Shown here: one piece after another, positions 1 to 9,020 of the stretch
How positions within the stretch are numbered: position 1 is the stretch's first letter
Layout: every line of letters starts with the position of its first letter
DNA from: Parcubacteria group bacterium
GTDB lineage: Bacteria > Patescibacteriota > Minisyncoccia > Phycocordibacterales > UBA2135
NCBI GenBank assembly: GCA_016204005.1
Contig: JACQLS010000034.1
Coordinates: forward strand, 1-34,932
Direction of reading: 5' to 3'
DNA length: 34,932 bases
Notes under the pieces: model-generated
The model's database searches: none
What the model was told of the DNA's origin: nothing
The model's input: only the letters and a program-made list of their open reading frames with translations
Program-made: the position numbers and the translations under genes

Positions 1-639
1 GTATTCAGCTTCCATGCGCTCGGGATTCGTAATCATGTATGGAGACACATACCCCTTATCAAACTCTAAGCCAAGCGCTACTTCCGACTCAACGCCGAAT
101 GACTGCGACTCCTCAACCGTCACAACGCCGTCCTCTCCGACTTTTTCAAATGTTTCCGCGATTTTTTTGCCAATTTCTTCTGATTCGGCAGAGATGGATG
201 CGACGTGCTCGATCTCCGTACGACCCTTAATCGGCGTCGCAATCGCACGAAGTGCCTCGATAACATCTTCTGCCGCGCGTTCAATACCGAAACGAGTCGC
301 CATTGGGTTTAAGCCCATTGCTATTTTCTTGAAACCCTCACTAACCATAGCCTGGAGAAGCACGACAGAGGTCGTTGTCCCATCGCCAGCTACTTCGTTT
401 GTCTTATTTGCGACCTCTTTGGCGATTTCAGCTCCCATATTTTCAAACTTGTCCTTGAGTTCAATTTCTTTCGCGATAGAAACACCGTCATTAGTGACAG
501 TGGGCGCGCCGAAACCCTTATCGAAGATGACGTTTCGCCCACGCGGACCGAGCGTCATTCCGACGGCCTCTGCTACAATATCAATGCCTCGCTTAATCGC
601 TCCTCGAGCCTGCTCCTTAAAAATAACTTGTTTTGCCAT
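1..639 (-). CDS. groL: Chaperonin GroEL (5' part; runs off the window edge)
   Basis: Not in the ORF track. Manual translation from ATG at 639 gives [20 protein letters not shown]...TLGPRGRNV...[11 protein letters not shown]...AGDGTTT, the GroEL signatures. Lies downstream of groES. Confidence 0.98.
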   Translation of the reverse strand, partial: MAKQVIFKEQARGAIKRGIDIVAEAVGMTLGPRGRNVIFDKGFGAPTVTNDGVSIAKEIELKDKFENMGAEIAKEVANKTNEVAGDGTTTSVVLLQAMVSEGFKKIAMGLNPMATRFGIERAAEDVIEALRAIATPIKGRTEIEHVASISAESEEIGKKIAETFEKVGEDGVVTVEESQSFGVESEVALGLEFDKGYVSPYMITNPERMEAEY

Positions 640-806
640 GATAGATTTTTAATGAGTGATAACGAATATAAAAATCATCACCGAGCACATAGTGTGTGCA
701 AATTGATACCTGTGATAGACTTGCTTTATTTCAAGCTCATCTACCTTATCAATCTACTTACACTATGTGCTCGGTTAAGTAAATTATACTCGCTTCGCTC
801 CTTAAT

Positions 807-1115
807 TTACTTAATGATCGCCAAAATATTGGACTCGCTGGTAATGAGGAACTCTTCTCCATCGACTGTTATTTCATCGGGACCATACTTTGAGAAGAGG
901 ACGGTGTTACCCTTCTTGACCGTCATCGGCATAAGCTCGCCGGTGTCGCTTCTTTTCCCTTCTCCAACAGCAACGACTCTCCCGATTTGCGGACGCTCCT
1001 CTTTCGCGGTGTCAGGAATTATGATTCCCGAATCAGTCTGTTTTTCGTCTACAACAGCCTTGATGAGGACCTTGTCCCCTAAGGGGATGATCTCTTTCTG
1101 CTTTTTTGTGCTCAT
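807..1115 (-). CDS. groS: Co-chaperonin GroES
   Basis: PLGDKVLI, SGIIIPDTAKE, GRVVAVGEG, LFSKYG motifs; 102 aa; adjacent to groEL. Confidence 0.98.
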   Translation of the reverse strand: MSTKKQKEIIPLGDKVLIKAVVDEKQTDSGIIIPDTAKEERPQIGRVVAVGEGKRSDTGELMPMTVKKGNTVLFSKYGPDEITVDGEEFLITSESNILAIIK

Positions 1116-1344
1116 AGTTTTAATGAAAAAACGTAAAAAAGATAAGGATTAAAAGAATACTGCGTTCTGTAGCCTAGGCACCTCGGGAAAGAAGGCGACG
1201 TGGCCGCTCTGTACCTATACCATAACCCTGTATGAGGGGAAATTGTAACACAAGAAAACAAAAAAAGCTACTGCTCCATCCATCACTCACCAGGACCCCC
1301 TTGGGGAGCCCAGGGTTGACTTCACCCCTCTAGTACGCTAGAGT

Positions 1345-1581
1345 ATGGATTACATGGAATTGCTTGAATCGACCCTCCCTTGGGTCCAAATCGTACTGTC
1401 GGTGCTCCTCGTTGCGGCCGTGCTACTCCAACAAACTGGAGCAAGTTTAGGCGGGGCTTTTGGCGGTGCTGATCAAGGGGGCTACCATACGAGGCGTGGC
1501 GCGGAACGTGTTTTCTTCTTTGCAACAATTGTCCTGGGTATTCTTTTTGCTGTTACAGCGTTCATTGCCCTCCTTATTTAG
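1345..1581 (+). CDS. secG: Preprotein translocase subunit SecG
   Basis: Two TM helices flanking LLQ..G.SLGGAFGG, then TRRGAE. A TTGACT-17-TAGAGT promoter at 1316-1344 suggests the real start may be ATG 1354. Confidence 0.9.
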   Translation: MDYMELLESTLPWVQIVLSVLLVAAVLLQQTGASLGGAFGGADQGGYHTRRGAERVFFFATIVLGILFAVTAFIALLI

Positions 1582-1637
1582 GTTCGGCCTTTCCTAGAAC
1601 GTAGTACCTAGGCCCCAGAGCCTTACTTTTTCTTTTT

Positions 1638-3413
1638 GTGATTTCTCCGTTCGACAACACCACAAACGAACCTCAAAAGAACGAGGGTTCCATACCGAAA
1701 ACATCCTGGCTTCGAGAAAAAGCGGAATATGCTATCCGCTCTTTACGATTTGTCCTTCTTTCCCTTGAGGAAAGAGAGCGCCGGGTATTTTTCGGTCTTG
1801 TATCCCTTTTTGTTATTGGCACTCTCGGCGCTCTCTTTACCGTGAATGCTATGTTCCTCGAGACGGTACCCACAGAGGGTGGATCATTTACTGAAGGAGT
1901 TGTGGGAACGCCACGCTTTCTGAACCCCCTCCTTGCAACATCAGACGCAGACCGTGATATAACCGCTCTCGTTTACTCGGGACTCCTCCGCCCCGCTACA
2001 AACGGCACGCTCATTCTTGACCTTGCAAAAGAGTACGCCGTCTCCGCCGATGGGCTTTCTTACACATTCACACTAAAAGACAAACTAGTGTGGCATGACG
2101 GTAAACCGCTTACGGCTGACGATGTCGTGTTTACTATCAAAAGGGTCCAAGACAACTCATTAAAAAGTCCGAAGCACGCAAACTGGGAGGGTATCGAGGT
2201 TACAAAAACAGATACCAGAACCGTTGTCTTCACCCTAAAGCAGCCATATGCTCCGTTTCTCGAAAACACAACACTCGGCATATTACCGAAGCATGTCTGG
2301 GAAAAGGTGACACCCGAGCAATTTGCGTTCTCGCTCTTCAATGTAGACCCTATTGGTTCTGGGCCGTATCGCGTAGAGAAAATAAAACGCGACTCTTCAG
2401 GCATTCCCAAATATTACGACCTTGTTCCCTTCAAACATTTCGCCCTTGGCGCGCCGTTTATTTCAAAAATCCATATCAACTTTTATCCAGATGAGGAGCA
2501 CCTCTTAGAAGCTTTGCGCGGAGGAGCCGTTGAAGCAGTGAGCGCGATACCCACCGTGGAAGCAGCAAAACTCTCTGAAGAAGGATATCGCGTATTGAAC
2601 TTCCTCCTACCTCGCGTCTTTGGAGTCTTTTTCAACCACAATAAAAACGAAATCTTTACTCAGAAGATAGTCCGGCAGGCCCTAGAAACAGCGCTCGATA
2701 GGAAGAAAATAGTGAATAATGTGCTCCATGGCTACGGAACCCCGCTTGAGGGACCACTTCCACCGGGCGCATTAGGATACACAGAGCCCGAGACAGAAAG
2801 CAGTGGGGATGTGGAGGCTGCCATAGCACTGCTTGAAAAGAATGGCTGGGTGCTTGATAAAGAGACCGGCCTCCGAAAACGAAAGGGGCAGGCGTTGGCG
2901 TTTTCACTTGCAACATCAAACGCAGAGGAGCTTCTTCTTACGGCAAAGGCCCTTCAAAACGAATGGAAGGTCCTCGGAGCAGACATAACTATCCAGACGC
3001 TTCCCGTAAATGAGCTCAACCAAAATATTATCAGGCCGCGCGCGTATGACACACTCTTCTTTGGAGAAGTTATCGGACGAGAGTCGGACCCGTTCCCCTT
3101 TTGGCACTCTTCCCAAAGAAATGACCCGGGGTTAAATATTGCGTTGTACACAAATATCACCGTGGACAAGTTGCTTGAGAACGCACGCTCGATATCAGAT
3201 GTTAAGAAACGCGCGGAGTCGTATGTGAAGTTTCAAAAAGAGATCGCCAACGATCTCCCCGCAGTTTTCATTTATTCACCCGATTTCATTTACGTATTAC
3301 CAAAGCGGATTCAAGGAGTAGAGAGAGGCACGATTGCGCTACCGTCGGAGCGTTTCATCGATATTAACAACTGGTTTATAGAAACTAACAGGCAGTGGAC
3401 ATTCTTAAAATAG
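1638..3413 (+). CDS. Peptide ABC transporter substrate-binding protein (family 5) with N-terminal TM anchor
   Basis: EGVVGTPRFLNPLLA, YTFTLK...WHDGKPLTADDVVFT, PIGSGPY motifs; start codon uncertain. Confidence 0.9.
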   Translation: MISPFDNTTNEPQKNEGSIPKTSWLREKAEYAIRSLRFVLLSLEERERRVFFGLVSLFVIGTLGALFTVNAMFLETVPTEGGSFTEGVVGTPRFLNPLLATSDADRDITALVYSGLLRPATNGTLILDLAKEYAVSADGLSYTFTLKDKLVWHDGKPLTADDVVFTIKRVQDNSLKSPKHANWEGIEVTKTDTRTVVFTLKQPYAPFLENTTLGILPKHVWEKVTPEQFAFSLFNVDPIGSGPYRVEKIKRDSSGIPKYYDLVPFKHFALGAPFISKIHINFYPDEEHLLEALRGGAVEAVSAIPTVEAAKLSEEGYRVLNFLLPRVFGVFFNHNKNEIFTQKIVRQALETALDRKKIVNNVLHGYGTPLEGPLPPGALGYTEPETESSGDVEAAIALLEKNGWVLDKETGLRKRKGQALAFSLATSNAEELLLTAKALQNEWKVLGADITIQTLPVNELNQNIIRPRAYDTLFFGEVIGRESDPFPFWHSSQRNDPGLNIALYTNITVDKLLENARSISDVKKRAESYVKFQKEIANDLPAVFIYSPDFIYVLPKRIQGVERGTIALPSERFIDINNWFIETNRQWTFLK

Positions 3414-3516
3414 TCCTCAGTTTATAGTCGATAGTTTAACGATGACGTTCGTTTTCTATTCACTACTCCGCCAGCTCGCGAACTACAAACTACTGACTGC
3501 AGACTAAAAAATAATT

Positions 3517-5487
3517 ATGGAAGAAAAAAAACAAACATCACAAGGAAGACACGCGGGAGACCGCGCACAAAAGAAAGGAAGCGGAGAACGGGGATCACGC
3601 TGGAGGTCGCGCCCAGCGACTGGCCAAGGAGCGGGAGGCGGGCGACGCAAACCATATCATGGAGGTGGCAAGGGTGGAGGACCCCACAAAGCGCATGGTG
3701 GGCGTGGCCGTTCCCAGAGGCAAAGTGGAAATGCCGTGTGGAGAGATGAGCAACAGAAAGGAGGGCATGGAGCGAGGGACCGAAAACCCGCTGGAGAAAT
3801 CATCCCACCCTTGGGGAAAGATTCCATACGCATTATCCCACTCGGTGGAGTTGAGGAGGTTGGCCGCAACATGACCGCGATAGAATACGGAAATGACATC
3901 CTGATCGTTGATTGTGGCATTCAATTTCAAGCAGAAGAGACTCCCGGCATTGACTACATTCTCCCCAACACACGGTATCTCGAAGACCGGAAAGAGAAAA
4001 TCCGAGCGATGATCATAACGCACGGACACTTGGACCACATCGGAGGTATTCCCTATATCATGCCGCGCATCGGGAATCCGCCCATCTATACCCGGCTCTT
4101 GACCCTTCTCATGGTGCAGAAGCGACAGACTGAATTCCCCGAGTTGCCGCCGCTTAATCTGAATGAAATCAAAGGAAACGAAGTCCTCGTCTTTGGGGAA
4201 CTTCGTGTGCGCTTCTTCGCGGTAACACACACCATACCGGACGCCGCCGGCGTTATTATCGAGACTCCGCACGGGGTTATCGTCCACACAGGTGACTTGA
4301 AGCTTGAGCACAAAGAGGGCACGCCCTCTAAAAAAGAGGAGGAGGAATTCGGCATATTCGCAAAAGAGAAAGTGCTTGCCTTGCTTGCCGACTCTACTAA
4401 CGTCGAGAAGTCAGGGTGGTCAATCCCCGAGTCAGTGGTCTTCAAGACAATGGAGGATATCATTAAGAACTCTACGGGCCGCCTCATCATTGGAACATTC
4501 GCCTCTCAAATCGAGCGTATCGCAAGGATTATAGAAATCACAGAAAAATACGGAAAGAAGATCATCATTGACGGGCGAAGCATGAAGCAAAACGTTGAAA
4601 TTGCGATGGAGGCAGGGATCTTAAAACCCCAAAAAGGGACTATCGTCCCCATTGATGCAATGGATGATTATTCTCCCGAGAAAATCATCATCCTTGTTAC
4701 GGGCGCGCAAGGAGACGAGCACGCTGTATTGATGCGTGTTGCAAACAAGGGGCACAAGTATATACGTCTCTCGAAACGCGACACTATTGTCCTCTCCTCT
4801 TCCATAATTCCGGGCAATGAGCTTGCGATCCAGCGGCTTAAGGATAACCTTGCACGCCAAGGGGCAAACATCGTCCACTATCAGGTTTCAGACGTCCACT
4901 CAAGCGGGCACGCGAACCAAAGCGAGCTCGAGTGGATTCACAAACATGTGAAGCCACGGTTCTTCATTCCGATTCATGGATTCCACTACATGCTTACTGT
5001 GCACGGTAAGCTCGCGCAAAGAGTCGGTATGCCTGAAGACCGCGTGATTATTCCAGACAACGGTGCAATCATTGAAATACAAAATGGTGGTGAGAAAATA
5101 GTCCGCCTCAAGGAAATGGCCGCTCGTGGGCTAGTCCTCGTCGATGGATTTTCAATCGGTGACATACAGGAGGTTGTACTCCGCGACCGGCAAATGCTCG
5201 CGCAGGACGGCATGTTCGTCCTCGTCGTGACACTGGACGTCAATACGGGAAAGCTTCGAAAGTCGCCTGACATTATCTCTCGCGGTTTCGTATATCTACG
5301 TGAGTCCCAAGAACTCCTTACGACGGCGCGGACCCTCGTCAAGAAAACAGTTGAGAAAGAAGTCGGCGCAATGCATCCGATAAACTTCGACTATCTCAAG
5401 GGTATCCTTACGGACGAAGTGTCAAAGTACCTCTTCCAAAAGACTAACAAACGACCGATTGTCATCCCTGTTATCCTGGGAATATAG
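3517..5487 (+). CDS. rnj: Ribonuclease J
   Basis: IIPLGGVEEVGRNM, metallo-beta-lactamase THGHLDHIGG, HTGD, VHSSGHA, FIPIHG; C-terminal PDIISRGFVY...RPIVIPVI. Confidence 0.97.
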   Translation: MEEKKQTSQGRHAGDRAQKKGSGERGSRWRSRPATGQGAGGGRRKPYHGGGKGGGPHKAHGGRGRSQRQSGNAVWRDEQQKGGHGARDRKPAGEIIPPLGKDSIRIIPLGGVEEVGRNMTAIEYGNDILIVDCGIQFQAEETPGIDYILPNTRYLEDRKEKIRAMIITHGHLDHIGGIPYIMPRIGNPPIYTRLLTLLMVQKRQTEFPELPPLNLNEIKGNEVLVFGELRVRFFAVTHTIPDAAGVIIETPHGVIVHTGDLKLEHKEGTPSKKEEEEFGIFAKEKVLALLADSTNVEKSGWSIPESVVFKTMEDIIKNSTGRLIIGTFASQIERIARIIEITEKYGKKIIIDGRSMKQNVEIAMEAGILKPQKGTIVPIDAMDDYSPEKIIILVTGAQGDEHAVLMRVANKGHKYIRLSKRDTIVLSSSIIPGNELAIQRLKDNLARQGANIVHYQVSDVHSSGHANQSELEWIHKHVKPRFFIPIHGFHYMLTVHGKLAQRVGMPEDRVIIPDNGAIIEIQNGGEKIVRLKEMAARGLVLVDGFSIGDIQEVVLRDRQMLAQDGMFVLVVTLDVNTGKLRKSPDIISRGFVYLRESQELLTTARTLVKKTVEKEVGAMHPINFDYLKGILTDEVSKYLFQKTNKRPIVIPVILGI

Positions 5488-5502
5488 GAGATATACTAGA
5501 AG

Positions 5503-6708
5503 GTGATGCAACGATTTTTCTCCGCAAAATCTGCCCCGCTCTATCCCCTCTATCTCGCGCTCTTTTTCTTCTCGTTCCAGTTGGGATTGACGCTCTATAT
5601 TACCTCTTCGTTCCTCAAGAACTTCCTGCCGGAAAGCTTTGTCGGCTTTGTTTATATTGCGGCATCGGTTGCCTCGCTTTTTGCATTGCTATACACCCCA
5701 AAAGTACTCCCCACTCTTGGGAACTACCAAACGACTCTTGCCCTCTTGGGGCTCGAGTTTTTTGCGTTGGTGGCAATCGCTCTGTGGCCCGAATCGCCAG
5801 CGGTTATACCGCTCTTCATTATCTACCAAGGGTTTGTTACCATCTCGCTTTTTAACATTGATATCTTTATTGAACGCTACTCCGAGGAGCGTATAACCGG
5901 ATCCCTTCGTGGTATCATGCTCACGGTTCTAAACATCGCGATCCTTTTGGGCCCGCTCGTTGCCGGGCTCATTCTCACTAATGGGGATTTCTGGAAAGTA
6001 TATCTTGTTGCGGCGTTCTTTACGCTCCCTACATGGTGGATTATCGCGCGCCACTTCCGTAATTTTAAAGACCCCGTATACAGTGACATCTCACTATTCG
6101 TCGCCTTAAAGAAGGTGCTGTTTACAAAGCATCCCAAAGACGACATCCGCCATGCTGGCGTTGCAAGTTTCCTCATGAACTTCTTTTACTCATGGATGGT
6201 TATCTACACCCCCTTGTATCTCCATGACTATATCGGGTTTTCGTGGAGTGAGATCGGGGTTATTCTTACGATAATGCTCCTTCCCTTTGTGCTCTTTGAG
6301 ATTCCTGTTGGGCGTTACGCGGATGTAAGATCCGCAGAAAGGAAGGTTATGTTCTTCGGGTTCTTGATCGCCGCATTCTTTACCGGCGCCTTGGCACTGC
6401 TCAAAGAGCCTTCGCTTTTTGTCTGGGCTTTCTTCCTCTTTGGTACTCGTGTTGGGATGAGCTTTATCGAGATCACTTCAGAAAGTTACTTTTTTAAACG
6501 GGTTAAGGCGACAGATACAAGCGTCATAAGCATCTTCCGCGACATGCGCCCAATATCTTCTATTGCAGGCCCACTCTCTGCCTCAATATTGCTCCTCTTT
6601 TTTGATGTGCGCATCCTCTTCTTTGCTCTTGCGGGGATACTTCTCCTCGGCGCACTAAACGCCGCGCTTATGAGAGACGCCCGGGCTCTATCCCCAGTAG
6701 AAAATTAA
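5503..6708 (+). CDS. MFS transporter
   Basis: About 12 hydrophobic segments in 401 aa; GRYAD loop motif; start could be ATG 5506. Confidence 0.85.
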   Translation: MMQRFFSAKSAPLYPLYLALFFFSFQLGLTLYITSSFLKNFLPESFVGFVYIAASVASLFALLYTPKVLPTLGNYQTTLALLGLEFFALVAIALWPESPAVIPLFIIYQGFVTISLFNIDIFIERYSEERITGSLRGIMLTVLNIAILLGPLVAGLILTNGDFWKVYLVAAFFTLPTWWIIARHFRNFKDPVYSDISLFVALKKVLFTKHPKDDIRHAGVASFLMNFFYSWMVIYTPLYLHDYIGFSWSEIGVILTIMLLPFVLFEIPVGRYADVRSAERKVMFFGFLIAAFFTGALALLKEPSLFVWAFFLFGTRVGMSFIEITSESYFFKRVKATDTSVISIFRDMRPISSIAGPLSASILLLFFDVRILFFALAGILLLGALNAALMRDARALSPVEN

Positions 6709-6735
6709 AAACACCCCCCATCGGGGGGTGTTTTT
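6707..6735. terminator. Bidirectional intrinsic terminator
   Basis: AAAAACACCCCCC-ATC-GGGGGGTGTTTTT between convergent genes. Confidence 0.85.
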
Positions 6736-6744
6736 GTTGTTGCA

Positions 6745-7383
6745 TTAGTATTCGATACCCTCTCCGCCTTCACCGCCTGTGGTTGCAGTAAAGGAAGCCA
6801 TGACGCTTTCGCCAGATGCGACAGTAACAGGAACTTCTTTCTTGAAATCAAACTCGCTGTCAGCGTCATCTGCGTGTAGTACTACCTGATACACTTTTCC
6901 GGCCTCAGTGCTGCGTAAAAGCGCGACTGACTGTCCGAAGTGCTTACCAGCATCAAAACGACGTGCTCCCAGGATCCTACCAAGAGCGCCTCCGTCTAAT
7001 TGCTCATGAACAGCGACCCAGCCACTTTGCTCAAGCGATACAAGAGATACGATAACGGTGTTACCTGCGCCTTGGTTTGAGACAACAAGCGCGTTGTTGG
7101 GAGAGACCACGGCCACAATAGGCTTCATAAGCCCCGCTGTTTGTTCCGCGTCACGCGCGTTCTTCAGAATGTCTCCAACCGTGTCACCATTCTGCCCCTC
7201 TCCGCCATTCTCAACTTCTTCCGCGACTTCTCCTCCACGATCAGCAAAAAAATCGCCGAGAAGACCCTTCCCTTCTACACTCCAATACCCACCCACACCT
7301 ACGACAATACCCACAATGAAGGAGATAAAAAGTGCCCCCTTAGAGGTGCGCTTCTCTCCCATGTTGTAATCAATTGGTTCCAT
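6745..7383 (-). CDS. Membrane-anchored hypothetical protein
   Basis: N-terminal TM, acidic linker, beta-rich C-domain (GWVAVH...ILGARRF...VVLHADD..FD). Start may be 7362. Confidence 0.75.
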   Translation of the reverse strand: MEPIDYNMGEKRTSKGALFISFIVGIVVGVGGYWSVEGKGLLGDFFADRGGEVAEEVENGGEGQNGDTVGDILKNARDAEQTAGLMKPIVAVVSPNNALVVSNQGAGNTVIVSLVSLEQSGWVAVHEQLDGGALGRILGARRFDAGKHFGQSVALLRSTEAGKVYQVVLHADDADSEFDFKKEVPVTVASGESVMASFTATTGGEGGEGIEY

Positions 7384-7607
7384 CCCGATAGTGGTAGATC
7401 GCGATCCTCTCGCAATCTATAGCGTTAGAATTTGATAATATTCGTACTTTTATGAGTAACCCCCATGGAGACCGCGCGCGATCGCGACCACTATCGGGAT
7501 TCCATAGTAAATCACAGTATACACACCCCCCGGCAAGCTCCGCAAGAGAAAAAATGATTAGAAAATGAATCCCGTACAGTGCCAAGTCCTCTATGAAATA
7601 TTCATGC

Positions 7608-8234
7608 TCATGCGTCAAATCGCTTAAGCGGGTGCTCTTGTGGACACCCACGCGCCGGGCAGTAGTTGCGTCCGTATTCAATGAGGCGATACGTAAGCTT
7701 CCACCATTCTTTCTTAGGGAAAAGGGCCATTAAGTCTTTCTCTATCTTATTCGGGTCTTTCTCGCTCGAGAGCCCGAAGCGGCGTGCGAGGCGCATCACA
7801 TGCGTATCGACCGCAATCCCCTCTACCTTGCCGAAAGCATTGCCGAGAATGATGTTCGCCGTTTTTCGCGCAACACCCGGGAGCTTCACGAGCTCTTCCA
7901 TTGCGTCAGGAACGCGACCGCCATATTTCTCTTTCACCATCTTCGCAGCGGCAAGAATGTTTTTTGTTTTGTTGCGATAAAATCCAGTTGACCTGATATC
8001 CATCTCAAACTCGCGCGGATTGGCTTTTACATAATCATCGAGTTTTCTGTATTTCTTGAAAAGTTTTTCGGTAACCTCATTCACTTTTTTGTCCGTGCAT
8101 TGTGCGGAAAGCTCTACCGCAACCAAAAGCTCCAAGTTTGAGCGGTACTTAAGGACAATCTTTGGGTTAGCAAACAGTTTTTTAAGCTCCTTAAGGAGTG
8201 CCGCCGCACGCCGCTTTTTCCCCGCATCTTTCAT
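7608..8234 (-). CDS. nth: Endonuclease III
   Basis: LSAQCTDKKVN, HhH motif LPGVARKTAN, IAVDTHV. Confidence 0.95.
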   Translation of the reverse strand: MKDAGKKRRAAALLKELKKLFANPKIVLKYRSNLELLVAVELSAQCTDKKVNEVTEKLFKKYRKLDDYVKANPREFEMDIRSTGFYRNKTKNILAAAKMVKEKYGGRVPDAMEELVKLPGVARKTANIILGNAFGKVEGIAVDTHVMRLARRFGLSSEKDPNKIEKDLMALFPKKEWWKLTYRLIEYGRNYCPARGCPQEHPLKRFDA

Positions 8235-8289
8235 CCGAGCATTGTATCACGGCATACAAAAGAAAAAACAGCCCGCCTTAGCGGACTGT

Positions 8290-8850
8290 CTAATTATCTT
8301 TCTTCCATGCCTGTAACACTTTGTTTGATTGATAGTAGCTCTCGACACTCCCCGCATCCCACCAACCGGGAAGCTCAGGAGTCACAATAAGGCGAGGTTT
8401 ATGAAACGGCACATGGCCGGGAGACAATACCATAGAAAGCGGGTGTGTCCCCTTGCTATGACGAATGCGAAAGAGTTCATCTCCTTTGAACCAGAGCGCC
8501 ATACGGACAAGGCACCGCCGAATTGCTATGTCCTGAATGTGCGTCCGTTTCGTCTCCTGCACGGAATAATCGAGGCCCGAGTCTACATTGGACGGCTCGT
8601 CGTCATAGACCTCTCGCGCACCCGCAATGAGCTGCGCCAAAATGTCGGGGTGATCTTCTAAAAACTTGAAGTAGGCATCCTCATACAGGGCGCAAACACC
8701 GAGGAAGCCGATAGTATGCTCCCCAAGTTGCCACATGATGCGCCAGTTCCCCGGCCCGTACTTTTTCGCCCAACGAGCATGCGTTTCTTCACGATGCTTG
8801 CCGAGATATCCAGGCTGCCGTTCCACGGTAACCCAACCGTCGTCTTTCAT
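8290..8850 (-). CDS. Hypothetical protein (186 aa)
   Basis: Clean ORF with strong SD (AAGGAG x3) and a downstream terminator near 8264-8290; no family recognised. Confidence 0.75.
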   Translation of the reverse strand: MKDDGWVTVERQPGYLGKHREETHARWAKKYGPGNWRIMWQLGEHTIGFLGVCALYEDAYFKFLEDHPDILAQLIAGAREVYDDEPSNVDSGLDYSVQETKRTHIQDIAIRRCLVRMALWFKGDELFRIRHSKGTHPLSMVLSPGHVPFHKPRLIVTPELPGWWDAGSVESYYQSNKVLQAWKKDN

Positions 8851-8894
8851 GTACGCACTCCTTCTCCTTCTCCTTGAGATATATCACCACCCCT

Positions 8895-8969
8895 AAAAAG
8901 TGTAAAGCGCCACCGAAGTGACGCTTTACAGTGTGCTTACCGCTTACCCGAAGGCGCGCGACAAGCACC
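8895..8969 (-). ncRNA. Candidate small RNA or attenuator leader with two cUUCGg hairpins
   Basis: TTGACG-16-TAGAAT promoter (8975-9002), hairpin GTGCTTGTCGC/GCGGTAAGCAC, terminator hairpin TGTAAAGCGTCAC-TTCG-GTGGCGCTTTACA followed by CTTTTT. Confidence 0.55.
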
Positions 8970-9011
8970 TCTTAATTCTATCCGTGCTCCTAAGAGCGTC
9001 AATGAACGGGG

Positions 9012-9020
9012 TGTGGATAA
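9012..9020. promoter_or_regulatory. Perfect DnaA-box-like 9-mer
   Basis: TGTGGATAA, the reverse complement of TTATCCACA, in an intergenic region. Confidence 0.45.

Noticed and set aside
14-652. 212-aa plus-strand ORF and the many other overlapping ORFs in the track
   Set aside because: Antisense or off-frame shadows of well-supported genes (here groEL); no motifs or start signals.
1116-1344. CIRCE/HrcA operator upstream of groES
   Set aside because: No TTAGCACTC-N9-GAGTGCTAA match.
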